Part shown: piece by piece, positions 40,151 to 49,970 of the stretch
Layout: the number at the start of each line of letters is the position of its first letter
Position numbering within the stretch: position 1 is the first letter of the stretch
Assembly (NCBI GenBank): GCA_019057795.1
Contig: JAHLWS010000031.1
Span: 9,857-73,856, forward strand
From: Promethearchaeota archaeon
Lineage (GTDB): Archaea > Asgardarchaeota > Lokiarchaeia > Sigyniarchaeales > SOKP01
Direction of reading: 5' to 3'
DNA: 64,000 bases
The notes under the pieces: generated by a model
Database searches by the model: none
The model's input: only the letters and a program-made list of their open reading frames with translations
Told to the model about the DNA's origin: nothing
Translations under genes and position numbers: made by a program

Positions 40151-43053
40151 CTAATATTCCGAGTTTTCTCTTTAAGCTCGATTAACTTTTTCATAGCATC
40201 AATTGGAGTCATAGAGTTAATATCGATGTCCTCGATTTTTCTAATTATCTCTTCAATATTTTCGTTAACCGCTCTTTCTTTCAATATAATTGGTCTAAAA
40301 AAAGTAGTCTGTACAGCTACTTTTTTCTTTCTAATTTCTGGCTTGTTAGTAATCTCTGACTGATTCTTAAGGTTTGTCAGCTGTTCTTTCTTTTTTTCAA
40401 CTTCAATTTTTTTTTGTTCTAATTCCCTTTCTTTTTTAATTAGTTCGGATTCGCACTCGTCCATCTCTCGCTGTTTTACATCTAAGTCTAAATTCAAACT
40501 TTCAAGCGCTTTCTTTTTTTCTTGAATAAATTTGTCGTAATAATTGTTAGTTAATCTTCCATTACCGTTTTCTTCTACTGTAGCTTTAAAGGGATCTTTT
40601 TCCTCGATTTGGTTTAAAATTTCAAACGCTCTTATGATAACGTCATCTGGGATTCCTGCTAGTTTCGCAATGTGAATTCCATACGATTTATCAGTGCTTC
40701 CTGGTTGTAATTTTCGAATGAAATTAATGCTTCCATCGTCATTTTCGATAATGTCTAAATGATATTTTTTTATTCTTGGTAAATTAATCTCAGTTAATTG
40801 GTGATAATGAGTACTAAATAGCGTTTTTGCCTTCAATTCGTGTAATTTTTCGAGAGTTGCTAAAGCGATACTTTGACCGTCACTAGTGCTCGTGCCTCTT
40901 CCAAGTTCGTCTATTATAACTAGGCTTTTCTTCGTCACAAAATTTAATATCTTAGCCGTTTCAGTCATTTCTATCATAAATGTGCTTAATTTCCTCGCTA
41001 AATCATCAGACGCGCCTATACGCGTGAAAATCTGATCAATAACACCTATAGTAGCAGATTTAGCCGGTACAAAGCACCCCATTTGAGCAATAATACAAAT
41101 TAGGGCAATTTGTCGAAGATATGTTGATTTCCCAGCCATATTCGGCCCAGTAATCATTAAAATTTGCTCATTTTCCGTATCTAAATAACAATCGTTAGGA
41201 ATAAACTTTTCAGATAATCTTAATTGCTCAACAACGGGATGTCTTCCCCCCTTAATCACAATTTTACCTTCGTTATTGATTTTTGGGCGACAATAGTCGT
41301 ATTTTTCTGCAACTTCAGCAAAACAAGCAAGAACATCAATATATGCTATTTTTTTAGCAGTTTCTAAGATTTTTAATGTTTCTCTTACAATCTTTTCTCT
41401 AATTACACAAAATACTTCATATTCCAAATCGTTTATCTGTTCTTCCGCTTGAACAATCTTTTCTTCTAGCTCTTTTAGTTCTTTTGTGGTGTATCTTTTC
41501 GCATTTTTGAGAGTTTGGCGTTCAATGTATTCTTCTGGTATTTTTGTGATATATCTTAGCGTTTTCAAAGTGATTTGTATATAATATCCAAGAATGTTAT
41601 TATGTCCCACTTTAAAACCTGAATTTACTTTCCATCTATCTCTCTGCTGTTTTTCGTAATCAAGAACGTAATTTTTACCATTCTGGAGGATATCTCTTAA
41701 TTCATCAATTTTTTCGTTAAATCCTGCCTTTATCAAATGCCCCTCTTTGACTGTGGGTGGTGCGTCGTCTTTTATAGAGACTTCAATTACACTTCGAGCT
41801 TCTCTAAAATCATCAATTTTATCAATGAATTTTGAGATTTCTGGAATTTTAGATTTTTCTAATATCTTTTTAATTTTAGGTATTTTTTCCAAAGAATTCT
41901 TTATGTTAATTAAGTCGCGAGCGTTGGAATTTCGAGAATAATTAATTCGGTTTACAAACCTTTCAAGATCACCAATAACTTTTAGCTCTTCCCTTAATTC
42001 AGACCTTAAGAAAACATCGTCCTTAAACTTTTGAACTATATTAATTCTTTGATTTATCTCATTTATGTCTGTTAAAGGTTGAAGGATAATTTTTTTTAAT
42101 AGACGAGCACCCATAGGTGTATGAGTCTGATTAAAAATTGAATACAATGTTGTATCCTTCCCCTTTTCCCAAAGTGAGCTAACTAATTCTAAGTTTCTTT
42201 GAGTAATATAATCTAAGTGTAAAACTTTTTCTTCACGAATGAGATTTATTTTAAAAAGATTAGGAATTACATCCCTTTGAGTTTCTTTTAAAAAGGCTAA
42301 TAAACCCCCAGAAGCTTGAACCGCCATTTCACAATTTTCTAAATCAAAGCTATTTAAATTGGAAATGTTAAAATGTCGTTTAATTAAATCTCGCGCTTCG
42401 TCATAATTAAACACATAATCTTCGTAAGATTTAATTAAAGCATCATTTAAATCGGTTAATAATAGAAAGAAATGTTCGTCCTTCTTTAACTCCGTAGGCA
42501 CTATAACTTCAACTGGGTTGTATTGAGAGAAGATGCTTAGAATTTTTTCTAGTGGATCTTGTTTACTCTTAAAAAATTCCGTTGTAACGAATTCGCCCGT
42601 TGAGAGATCGGCGAAAGCTATTCCGAATCCCTTTCTTTCTTTAACAATAGAACAAATATAGTTGTTTTCGTTTGATTTAAGCATATCAGGCTCGATAATA
42701 GTGCCTGGGGATAATATTCTAACTACACCTCGTTTAACTATTCTCCCCTTTACTGTGGCGGGATCCTCTAATTGTTCAACAATTACTACTGTTTCTCCTA
42801 AGTTAATTAAATTATTTAAATAAGAGCCGGCGTGATGTGGTATCCCTGCTAAGGGATATGTGTCTGATCCAATTTTTCTTTTTGTCAAAGTTATTCCTAA
42901 AAGATTTGAAACTCGAGCGGCATCGTCGTAGAAAAACTCGTAAAAATCTCCCATACGATAAGCCAATATTGTATCCGGGTATTTCTTTTTAACGGAATAC
43001 CAATGTTGCATCATTGGAGTGAGTTCTTTAAATTTAATATCTTCAAAAGGCAT
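40147..43053 (-). CDS. mutS: DNA mismatch repair protein MutS (MutS1)
   Basis: TPMMQHW, RMGDFYEFF, ITGPNMAGKSTYLRQ, DELGRGTS, SYGIHIAKLAG. Confidence 0.97.
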   Translation of the reverse strand: MPFEDIKFKELTPMMQHWYSVKKKYPDTILAYRMGDFYEFFYDDAARVSNLLGITLTKRKIGSDTYPLAGIPHHAGSYLNNLINLGETVVIVEQLEDPATVKGRIVKRGVVRILSPGTIIEPDMLKSNENNYICSIVKERKGFGIAFADLSTGEFVTTEFFKSKQDPLEKILSIFSQYNPVEVIVPTELKKDEHFFLLLTDLNDALIKSYEDYVFNYDEARDLIKRHFNISNLNSFDLENCEMAVQASGGLLAFLKETQRDVIPNLFKINLIREEKVLHLDYITQRNLELVSSLWEKGKDTTLYSIFNQTHTPMGARLLKKIILQPLTDINEINQRINIVQKFKDDVFLRSELREELKVIGDLERFVNRINYSRNSNARDLINIKNSLEKIPKIKKILEKSKIPEISKFIDKIDDFREARSVIEVSIKDDAPPTVKEGHLIKAGFNEKIDELRDILQNGKNYVLDYEKQQRDRWKVNSGFKVGHNNILGYYIQITLKTLRYITKIPEEYIERQTLKNAKRYTTKELKELEEKIVQAEEQINDLEYEVFCVIREKIVRETLKILETAKKIAYIDVLACFAEVAEKYDYCRPKINNEGKIVIKGGRHPVVEQLRLSEKFIPNDCYLDTENEQILMITGPNMAGKSTYLRQIALICIIAQMGCFVPAKSATIGVIDQIFTRIGASDDLARKLSTFMIEMTETAKILNFVTKKSLVIIDELGRGTSTSDGQSIALATLEKLHELKAKTLFSTHYHQLTEINLPRIKKYHLDIIENDDGSINFIRKLQPGSTDKSYGIHIAKLAGIPDDVIIRAFEILNQIEEKDPFKATVEENGNGRLTNNYYDKFIQEKKKALESLNLDLDVKQREMDECESELIKKERELEQKKIEVEKKKEQLTNLKNQSEITNKPEIRKKKVAVQTTFFRPIILKERAVNENIEEIIRKIEDIDINSMTPIDAMKKLIELKEKTRNIS

Positions 43054-43331
43054 TTTATAATGAATTACATTACTTTCCTATAACTAACAAATATCTTAAT
43101 TTAAAATTATTAGTTTTTAATTGGAATAAATTCTAATTATTAGTTTTTTAATAAATAAAAAAAAAAGGAGATATTAGATTTTTAAGACTTTTTTCTCAAG
43201 CGTTAATTCGTAAGCTTCTTGCATAGCTCCTTAATAAATATCAATTTAAAATTTGATATTGATTTACGCTGCGATTAATATTTCCTTTTCGTCTAAACTG
43301 AAGGCGCGCTTAAATTAATTTTTAAATCTGC

Positions 43332-43363
43332 TAAGAAAATTTATATTAAACATATCTTTTTTT
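43332..43363 (+). promoter_or_regulatory. BRE/TATA promoter duplicated with the crotonase genes (copy 1)
   Basis: TAAGAAAATTTATATTAAACATATCTTTTTTT, also at 44261. Confidence 0.7.
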
Positions 43364-43369
43364 CATAAT

Positions 43370-44161
43370 ATGGACAGTCAAGATGTAATTTTATACGAAG
43401 TAAAGGGTAGAGTTGCAACAATTACTTTAAATAGACCGAAAGCAGCCCATTCCTTTAATCTAGCCTTAATGAAAGGTTTATACGCGAATCTTGTAGAAGC
43501 TGATAACGACGAGAGAGTTAAGTGTATATTGTTAAAGAGCACAGGTAATAGGGTTTTTAGCGCAGGTATCGATATCAAATCCAAATCTTTCGACGAAAAC
43601 AAAGAATATTTCGAGGAAGTGAAGGATTATGGAAGAAGAAACACGCAAAAAATGCTTATAATGAAAAAACCTATCATTGTTCAAGTCCAAGGTACCGCAA
43701 TTGGGTACGGTTTGGAGTTGATAATGGCGTGCGACTTAAGAATATTTGCTGATAGACCTAAAGAAGAGATGTTCTTTAGAATGCCAGAAATTGCTATATC
43801 TATATACCCACAAACTGGAGCGACGATTTTACCTTTGTTAGCGTTTGGTTTAACCTTTGCTAAGAATATTTTGTTTACGGCTGACGAATTTGGTTTGGAA
43901 GATTTAAAAAGATTGAACTTTCCAGTTAGAGTCTTCCCTCTTGAGAAATTAGAGCTTGAAACTAAAAAATTTGTAAAAATTTTTAGTAAAAGGATGGATT
44001 CATTCATGTTTTTGATAAAATCAACGTTAGCGATAATGAATAACAAATTTATTGAAAACTGGTTCGATTTAGAAGATGAGTGCGGAAATATAGCGTACGA
44101 TAAGAAGACAATGAAAGAATTGGATGATTTTATAAAAACTTTATATAAAAAGTATCCATAA
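43370..44161 (+). CDS. Enoyl-CoA hydratase/isomerase, paralog 1
   Basis: ITLNRP, FSAGID, AIGYGLEL, MPEI. Confidence 0.92.
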   Translation: MDSQDVILYEVKGRVATITLNRPKAAHSFNLALMKGLYANLVEADNDERVKCILLKSTGNRVFSAGIDIKSKSFDENKEYFEEVKDYGRRNTQKMLIMKKPIIVQVQGTAIGYGLELIMACDLRIFADRPKEEMFFRMPEIAISIYPQTGATILPLLAFGLTFAKNILFTADEFGLEDLKRLNFPVRVFPLEKLELETKKFVKIFSKRMDSFMFLIKSTLAIMNNKFIENWFDLEDECGNIAYDKKTMKELDDFIKTLYKKYP

Positions 44162-44260
44162 ATTAACACTCTATTAACTCTTCATAAATATCAATATGTT
44201 TGTGTTCATATTTCCTTTCCGTTTGAACTGAAAACACCTTTTCATTAATTTTTAATAAGG

Positions 44261-44292
44261 TAAGAAAATTTATATTAAACATATCTTTTTTT
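44261..44292 (+). promoter_or_regulatory. BRE/TATA promoter duplicated with the crotonase genes (copy 2)
   Basis: Identical 32-nt block to 43332-43363. Confidence 0.7.
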
Positions 44293-44298
44293 TAAACC

Positions 44299-45087
44299 AT
44301 GGATAGTCAAAAAGATATAATTTTATACGAAGTAGAGGGACATATTGCTACAATAACGATTAATCGTCCAGATAAAGCACACTCTTTCAATGTCGAAATG
44401 TTGCAACTAATGCATACGAACTTACTGCAAGCTGATAAGAATGAGAAAGTTAAATGCATTATTATAAAGAGCACGGGGGAGAGATTTTTTTCTGCGGGTT
44501 ATGACCTTAAGGAGATTCAAGGCTCTCCCGAAAACATAGAAAAAATAAAAACATGGGGCAGAAAGGTCAACTATACGATGCTTTTTATGAAAAAAACAAT
44601 TATTACTCAAGTACAAGGAATTGCAATCGGTTTTGGTGTTTTAATGATTCTCGCATCTGACCTTAGAATTTTTGCCGATAGACCAAAAGAAGAGCTGTAT
44701 ATAAGGCTTCCAGAACTAGCTATTTCCGCATTTCCTCAGACTGGAGCGACGCTCTTGCCTTTATTGGCCTTTGGATTAAGTTACGCTAAATATCTGCTTT
44801 ATTCTGCTGATAAAGTCGGGATTGAAGAATTGAAAAACATCAATTTTCCAACGCGAATATTTCCGCTTGAAACCTTGGAAGCTGAAACCCGTTCATTTGT
44901 AAATCAATTAACTAAATATCAAACAGAATTTTTACTCTTTCCAAAAATGATGCTAAACATCATGAATAAGGCATATATTAAATCGTGTTTCGATCTAGAA
45001 GATGAATGTGGAAAAATTACCGATGAAAAGAAGACAATGAAAGAATTGGATGAAATTATAAAAGACTTGTACAAAAAATATCCATAA
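44299..45087 (+). CDS. Enoyl-CoA hydratase/isomerase, paralog 2
   Basis: ITINRP, FSAGYD, AIGFGVLM, LPEL. Confidence 0.92.
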   Translation: MDSQKDIILYEVEGHIATITINRPDKAHSFNVEMLQLMHTNLLQADKNEKVKCIIIKSTGERFFSAGYDLKEIQGSPENIEKIKTWGRKVNYTMLFMKKTIITQVQGIAIGFGVLMILASDLRIFADRPKEELYIRLPELAISAFPQTGATLLPLLAFGLSYAKYLLYSADKVGIEELKNINFPTRIFPLETLEAETRSFVNQLTKYQTEFLLFPKMMLNIMNKAYIKSCFDLEDECGKITDEKKTMKELDEIIKDLYKKYP

Positions 45088-45111
45088 CTCTATTTTTCTG
45101 TTATATTTTTG

Positions 45112-45966
45112 TTATTTTTTTTTTATGTGTTTTTCTAACCAAATATACATATCACGAAAAACTTGTGCTCTTCCTTTTTCATTCCAAAGTTCATGAAGAA
45201 ACCCGTCGTATTCCCTATATGTCTTGTCTTTACTTTTTATTTTTTCAAAGAATTCTTTGGTCGTTCCTTTTTCTACCATTTTATCTTTTCCAGCTTGCAT
45301 AATGAATGTTGGGCATAGTAATTTAGAAGCGTTCTCCATCGCCCATTTCATAGCTCTTTCCATTTCGGCAGCAGATCTCAAGGATATTTTTTCCAATTTT
45401 TTATCATCTGAAATGTGCTTGCGTAAAATTTTGAGGTCACTAGTTAAAAAGTTTTGTTCAATCACCATATCTATAGTTTTAGTTGGAGAAATTTTAGAAA
45501 TGGGTCCGGCGATTTTTTTACCCAATTTTTTACTAAACGACAAGTTTACAGCAAATTTTAATAAAGGGGATGACACTAATACACCAGGTAATGCTGGATG
45601 ATTAGCCGCAAAGACTAAGGCAATTAATGCACCGAACGAATGCCCCATTAAAAAGATTTTTTTATCTCCAGAGGTTTTTTTTACTAAATCCATAAAAAGA
45701 ACAATATCTTTTTGAACATGCTCCATGCTATCGATATGCCCGGGGTTATTGTCGGCATTTCTCCAATGTCCTCTAATATCAAACGCGTACATAGCGTATC
45801 CATTTTCCGTTAAAGCTTCTGCGGGTACCTCCATTCTATCTGAATGAGTTCCCCAGCCATGTAGAGCTATTATATATGCTTTGATATTACTCGAATCTGG
45901 TAGCCAGTACTGATAAAATAATCTTTTAGTCTCTCTACCTTCAAAATAACCTTTTTTATTAATCAT
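45112..45966 (-). CDS. Lysophospholipase/monoacylglycerol lipase-like alpha/beta hydrolase
   Basis: HGWGTH, DIRGH, GHSFG, DKMV, HELWNE. Confidence 0.9.
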   Translation of the reverse strand: MINKKGYFEGRETKRLFYQYWLPDSSNIKAYIIALHGWGTHSDRMEVPAEALTENGYAMYAFDIRGHWRNADNNPGHIDSMEHVQKDIVLFMDLVKKTSGDKKIFLMGHSFGALIALVFAANHPALPGVLVSSPLLKFAVNLSFSKKLGKKIAGPISKISPTKTIDMVIEQNFLTSDLKILRKHISDDKKLEKISLRSAAEMERAMKWAMENASKLLCPTFIMQAGKDKMVEKGTTKEFFEKIKSKDKTYREYDGFLHELWNEKGRAQVFRDMYIWLEKHIKKK

Positions 45967-46167
45967 AATTACTTGCTCGTTAAATAAATTTAAAATGAAT
46001 ACTCTTATTATGATTTATAATCTTTTAACTTTTTATCATATTTGAAGTCATTTAATAAGTCTGATAGCCTTAAAATTAAAATTGACAAAAGTTTTTAATT
46101 TTGATAAACTCTTTAAATAGTAAGATTAATTCATAATTATAATGTTTAACCATATTAGGCTTTTAAT

Positions 46168-46755
46168 ATGAGCGAATTGGAACTGATAAAAATTGTTTTA
46201 CACGGTAGAGGGGGTATGGGTGCAGTTACTGCTTGTGAGATAATAGCTGAGGCAGCATACTTAAGTGGTAATTTCATTGATGTCCAAGCATATCCTTCGT
46301 TCGGTGCTGAGAGAAGAGGTGCCCCTGTTCAAGCGTATGTAAAATTATCACGAACAGAAAAAGTATACGATCGCGCTCAAATTGAAAACCCAAATATTTT
46401 AATCGTATTCGATGAGACTGTTTTAACTAAAGAAGTGGCATCGTCTTTGGAAAGTAGCGGAATTTTTATAATAAATTCCGATAAAAATCCAGGGTATTTT
46501 GTTAAAGAGTATCATCTTAGCAGCAACATAAAAGTGATTGTTGCGGATATTAATAATTTGGCACTTGAAAAAAATTTAACGATAGATGGAAACCCTGTAA
46601 TAAATACTCCAATATTAGGTTTACTTTCAAAAGCACTCCCAGATCTGCACTTAGAAAATCTAAAAGACGTAGTTTTGAAAAAATTGGGCGAAAAATTAGG
46701 AAACCTTAACTACGATTTAATTGAGCAAGGTTTTAACATGGCAAAAATATTATAG
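46168..46755 (+). CDS. porG: 2-oxoacid:ferredoxin oxidoreductase gamma subunit
   Basis: HGRGGMG, YPSFGAERRGAPV, INTPILG. Confidence 0.93.
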   Translation: MSELELIKIVLHGRGGMGAVTACEIIAEAAYLSGNFIDVQAYPSFGAERRGAPVQAYVKLSRTEKVYDRAQIENPNILIVFDETVLTKEVASSLESSGIFIINSDKNPGYFVKEYHLSSNIKVIVADINNLALEKNLTIDGNPVINTPILGLLSKALPDLHLENLKDVVLKKLGEKLGNLNYDLIEQGFNMAKIL

Positions 46756-46778
46756 TTCCATTTTTCAAAATACAACTT

Positions 46779-49415
46779 TTAAGATATTGGTAGTTTTACG
46801 ATAAATGTACTCCCCTTATTTCTTCCTTCTGATTCCGCTCGAATTTCACCTTTGTGTAAACCTACTATCTCTTTTGAGATATATAAACCTAACCCCGTGC
46901 CTTGGATGTCGATATATTCAAAACCCTCGCCATACCGTTCTATTTTACCAAACCTAGTGAATATGAAATCCATTTCCTCTTGAGTAAGACCTATCCCTGT
47001 ATCGTTAATAGAGATTTCAGCCCAATTTCCTTTTTTTTTTAAAACTATCTTTATGTCCCCCTTTGGAGGTGTATTTTTTATAGCATTGGATAATAAATTC
47101 ATGATTACTTGTTCAATCCTAATTTTATCAATTTTCAAAAAAAGGCTCTCAGGAAGCTTAAGGTTTAAATTAGTTTTTCTCTCTCTTAATAAAAACATTA
47201 ATTCTTTTGAGATATCCCGAATAAGTTCGCTCAGATCGTTAGTTTCTTTTTGTAATTTGAATTTATTATATTCAATTCTAGAAATATCAATTAAATTATC
47301 GATTAAATATTTTAATCTTTTACCTCCCTTTTCAATAAGTTCTATTAACTCTAATTCCTCATTACTTAATTTTCCACCATACTGGGTTAAAAGGAGTTCA
47401 CACCCTCCACTAATTGAAACGAGTGGTGTTTTTAATTCGTGCGAAACTCTCGAAATTAAATTTTTTCTAAGCTGATCAAGTTCCTTCAATTTTTTTAATT
47501 CCTCATCAACAAGGAACTCAGCTTCTTTTTTTTTAGTGATATCTGTAAATAACGCTTGAACATATGTTTCATCCTTGATTTTCATCAGAGCTGCTTGAAG
47601 ATTTGCCCAAAAAACAGTCCCATTCTTTCTTTGTATTTGAATATCTATTCGATGCATTTTTTCTCCTTTTACAAACTTTTTAAACAGTGCGAAAATTGTT
47701 GATAAGTAATCTGGATGTACTATTGAAAGATCCATAAACCTTTTACCAATTAGTTCGTCTACCTTATAACCAAACATTACTTCGGTTTTTGGATTACCCT
47801 CTACAACGATACCTTGTGAATTGATTAATACTACTGAAAAAGGAGTGTTCTCATAGATATTACGATATTTTCTCTCTGATTCTTTTAATTTTTGTTCGGT
47901 AATTTTTCGTTCCGTAATATTTACAACAGTAACTAAGTTCGCATTTCGTCCTCTAAATAAAATTGTTTTAGAGAAATTATCTAACCAAATAATTTTTTTA
48001 GATTTATTTATTAGGCGATATTGATAATAATTTTTTACATCGTTTAAACCCAACTGTTTCTTTTTAGCTTGTTCTATTACCCAATCCCTATCATCTGGAT
48101 GAATTACGTTTGCAAACCAGCCAGGTTCCCAATTCTTTACTTCTTCGATAGTATATCCTAATAGATCAGCAAATTGTTGATTAATATATTTAACCAAATC
48201 ATCTTGTATTACACATATGCCCAATAACGATTGTTCGGCTATAGATCTGAACTTTTCTTCAGATTCTCTTAAATCTTGCTCTAAATTGTATTTTTCTGTA
48301 ATATCGATAAAAGTTCCTTCGATACCAAATGGATTTCCTTCTTTATCAAGCATTAAATGAGAATTTAATTGGACAACAACTTTTTTACCTTCTTTAGTTA
48401 GGGATGGGCAAATGTAATTCTTAGCATAACCATCTTTTAACATCTGTTTTAAATAACCTTCTCGATCTTCAGGAAATTGCCAAAAATCTGTTACTTTTTT
48501 ACCTATGTGGCTCTCTGTTTGATCATATTCTAAAATCTTGTTATGGGCTGGATTATGGTTTATCATCGTTCCATCTAAAGTAACTTGATAAAAACCAACA
48601 TCTAGATTATTAATCATATCGCGATATTTAAGTTCAGATTCCTTTAATTTCTCTTCTGCCTTTTTTCTTTCCGTTATATCTTCTGTGCGCACAATTATTA
48701 AATCAGGACCTACATAACCGTAATTTACTAGTAAATATTTCTCTTCCTTCGAGAAATTATATTTGTACTTCATTTCTCGCGTAATGTGAATTTTTTCGTT
48801 TATACAATGTTGTAAATCGTTTAAAATATCTGGACGATCTTTGTACATCTCAGACGCGTTAGTTCCTAAAAAAGTTTCTACATGCCCTTGAGTTATTTTA
48901 TCTGCGGCGTTATTAAAATCAATGAGAACAAAATCAACTCCTATTTTTCTCCAAGTGTAAGTAGGGATTGGACCTTCCTTAAATAAAGCTTTGAACATTT
49001 CTGCTGATTCTTTTAATTTTTGTGCTGTTTTTTTCCGTTTGGTGATGTTTTTGGCTATTCCTAATATTCCGTACAATTTACCATTTTTTTTTAAGGGAAT
49101 GCTATATGTTTCGATAAATATATAATCGCCCGTTTTTGTTTTAAGCTTGTATTCCCTCTGGGCAGATTGTTTCCCCGTTTTTTTTACTTCCTTCAATGTG
49201 TTATATGCCTTAATCAAATTATCTCTGTCAAGTAAATCAGTAAAACTCAAGTTAGGAATGTCCTTCCTCTCGTAACCGAGAGAAATTAAAGTTAATTCGT
49301 TTGCATCTAGAAAATTACCGTATAAATCATTTACATAAATTAAATCCAAAGAGTGTTCAAATAAATCCTTGAATTTTTCTCGAACTTCTTCTTTATTATA
49401 ATCTATATCCATCAC
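46779..49415 (-). CDS. Soluble multi-PAS histidine kinase
   Basis: About 5 PAS/PAC repeats (DITERK-type ends), SHELKTPL, NLLSNAIK, DTGIG, GTGLGL. Confidence 0.95.
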   Translation of the reverse strand: MMDIDYNKEEVREKFKDLFEHSLDLIYVNDLYGNFLDANELTLISLGYERKDIPNLSFTDLLDRDNLIKAYNTLKEVKKTGKQSAQREYKLKTKTGDYIFIETYSIPLKKNGKLYGILGIAKNITKRKKTAQKLKESAEMFKALFKEGPIPTYTWRKIGVDFVLIDFNNAADKITQGHVETFLGTNASEMYKDRPDILNDLQHCINEKIHITREMKYKYNFSKEEKYLLVNYGYVGPDLIIVRTEDITERKKAEEKLKESELKYRDMINNLDVGFYQVTLDGTMINHNPAHNKILEYDQTESHIGKKVTDFWQFPEDREGYLKQMLKDGYAKNYICPSLTKEGKKVVVQLNSHLMLDKEGNPFGIEGTFIDITEKYNLEQDLRESEEKFRSIAEQSLLGICVIQDDLVKYINQQFADLLGYTIEEVKNWEPGWFANVIHPDDRDWVIEQAKKKQLGLNDVKNYYQYRLINKSKKIIWLDNFSKTILFRGRNANLVTVVNITERKITEQKLKESERKYRNIYENTPFSVVLINSQGIVVEGNPKTEVMFGYKVDELIGKRFMDLSIVHPDYLSTIFALFKKFVKGEKMHRIDIQIQRKNGTVFWANLQAALMKIKDETYVQALFTDITKKKEAEFLVDEELKKLKELDQLRKNLISRVSHELKTPLVSISGGCELLLTQYGGKLSNEELELIELIEKGGKRLKYLIDNLIDISRIEYNKFKLQKETNDLSELIRDISKELMFLLRERKTNLNLKLPESLFLKIDKIRIEQVIMNLLSNAIKNTPPKGDIKIVLKKKGNWAEISINDTGIGLTQEEMDFIFTRFGKIERYGEGFEYIDIQGTGLGLYISKEIVGLHKGEIRAESEGRNKGSTFIVKLPIS

Positions 49416-49661
49416 CTAAAAAACTGATATTTATTCATAGTTTATGTTTTTTTCTAAAGAGATAATGAAAGTGCTGAATATAAATTTCTTTCTTTTTCGA
49501 AAGGCTAACATTTTTTTTTAATAATGTTATATAAGTAGATTAATCGCCTTTTCTTAGATAATTTATTTGAGTTCTATTAAATAGCCCTATTTTAATTAAT
49601 CGGAAGAGTTTTATTTTAATAAGTTATTAATTTTTATAGTGGCTTTTATTCATTAATTAGT

Positions 49662-49970
49662 GTGATATCTATGGTTAATGCGAAAAAGGATTATCAAAAA
49701 ATTTTAGGTTCCGTTCAAAAACCCGTAAAGGGAGAAGCTGGGAAAACTGGCACATGGAGCCCTAAAAAACCCGTAATTGATTTAGAAAAATGCATTCCGG
49801 TAAAATCGGGAAAACCTAGCTGTTTTAATTGTTGGCTATATTGCCCAGAAGCAGTAGTATCTAGGACTATTCCTCCTAAAATAGATTTAGAATATTGTAA
49901 AGGATGTGGGATTTGTATGGAAGAATGCCCTGTAAATGCAATTGAAATGGTAGAGGTGAAAATTGAATGA
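49662..49970 (+). CDS. porD: 2-oxoacid:ferredoxin oxidoreductase delta subunit
   Basis: KTGTW...KPVID, CFNCWLYCPE, YCKGCGICMEECP. Confidence 0.93.
   Translation: MISMVNAKKDYQKILGSVQKPVKGEAGKTGTWSPKKPVIDLEKCIPVKSGKPSCFNCWLYCPEAVVSRTIPPKIDLEYCKGCGICMEECPVNAIEMVEVKIE

Noticed and set aside
43105-43148. 14-bp direct repeat AATTATTAGTTTTT with 30-bp period upstream of mutS
   Set aside because: Only two low-complexity AT-rich copies; could be chance or a slippage duplication
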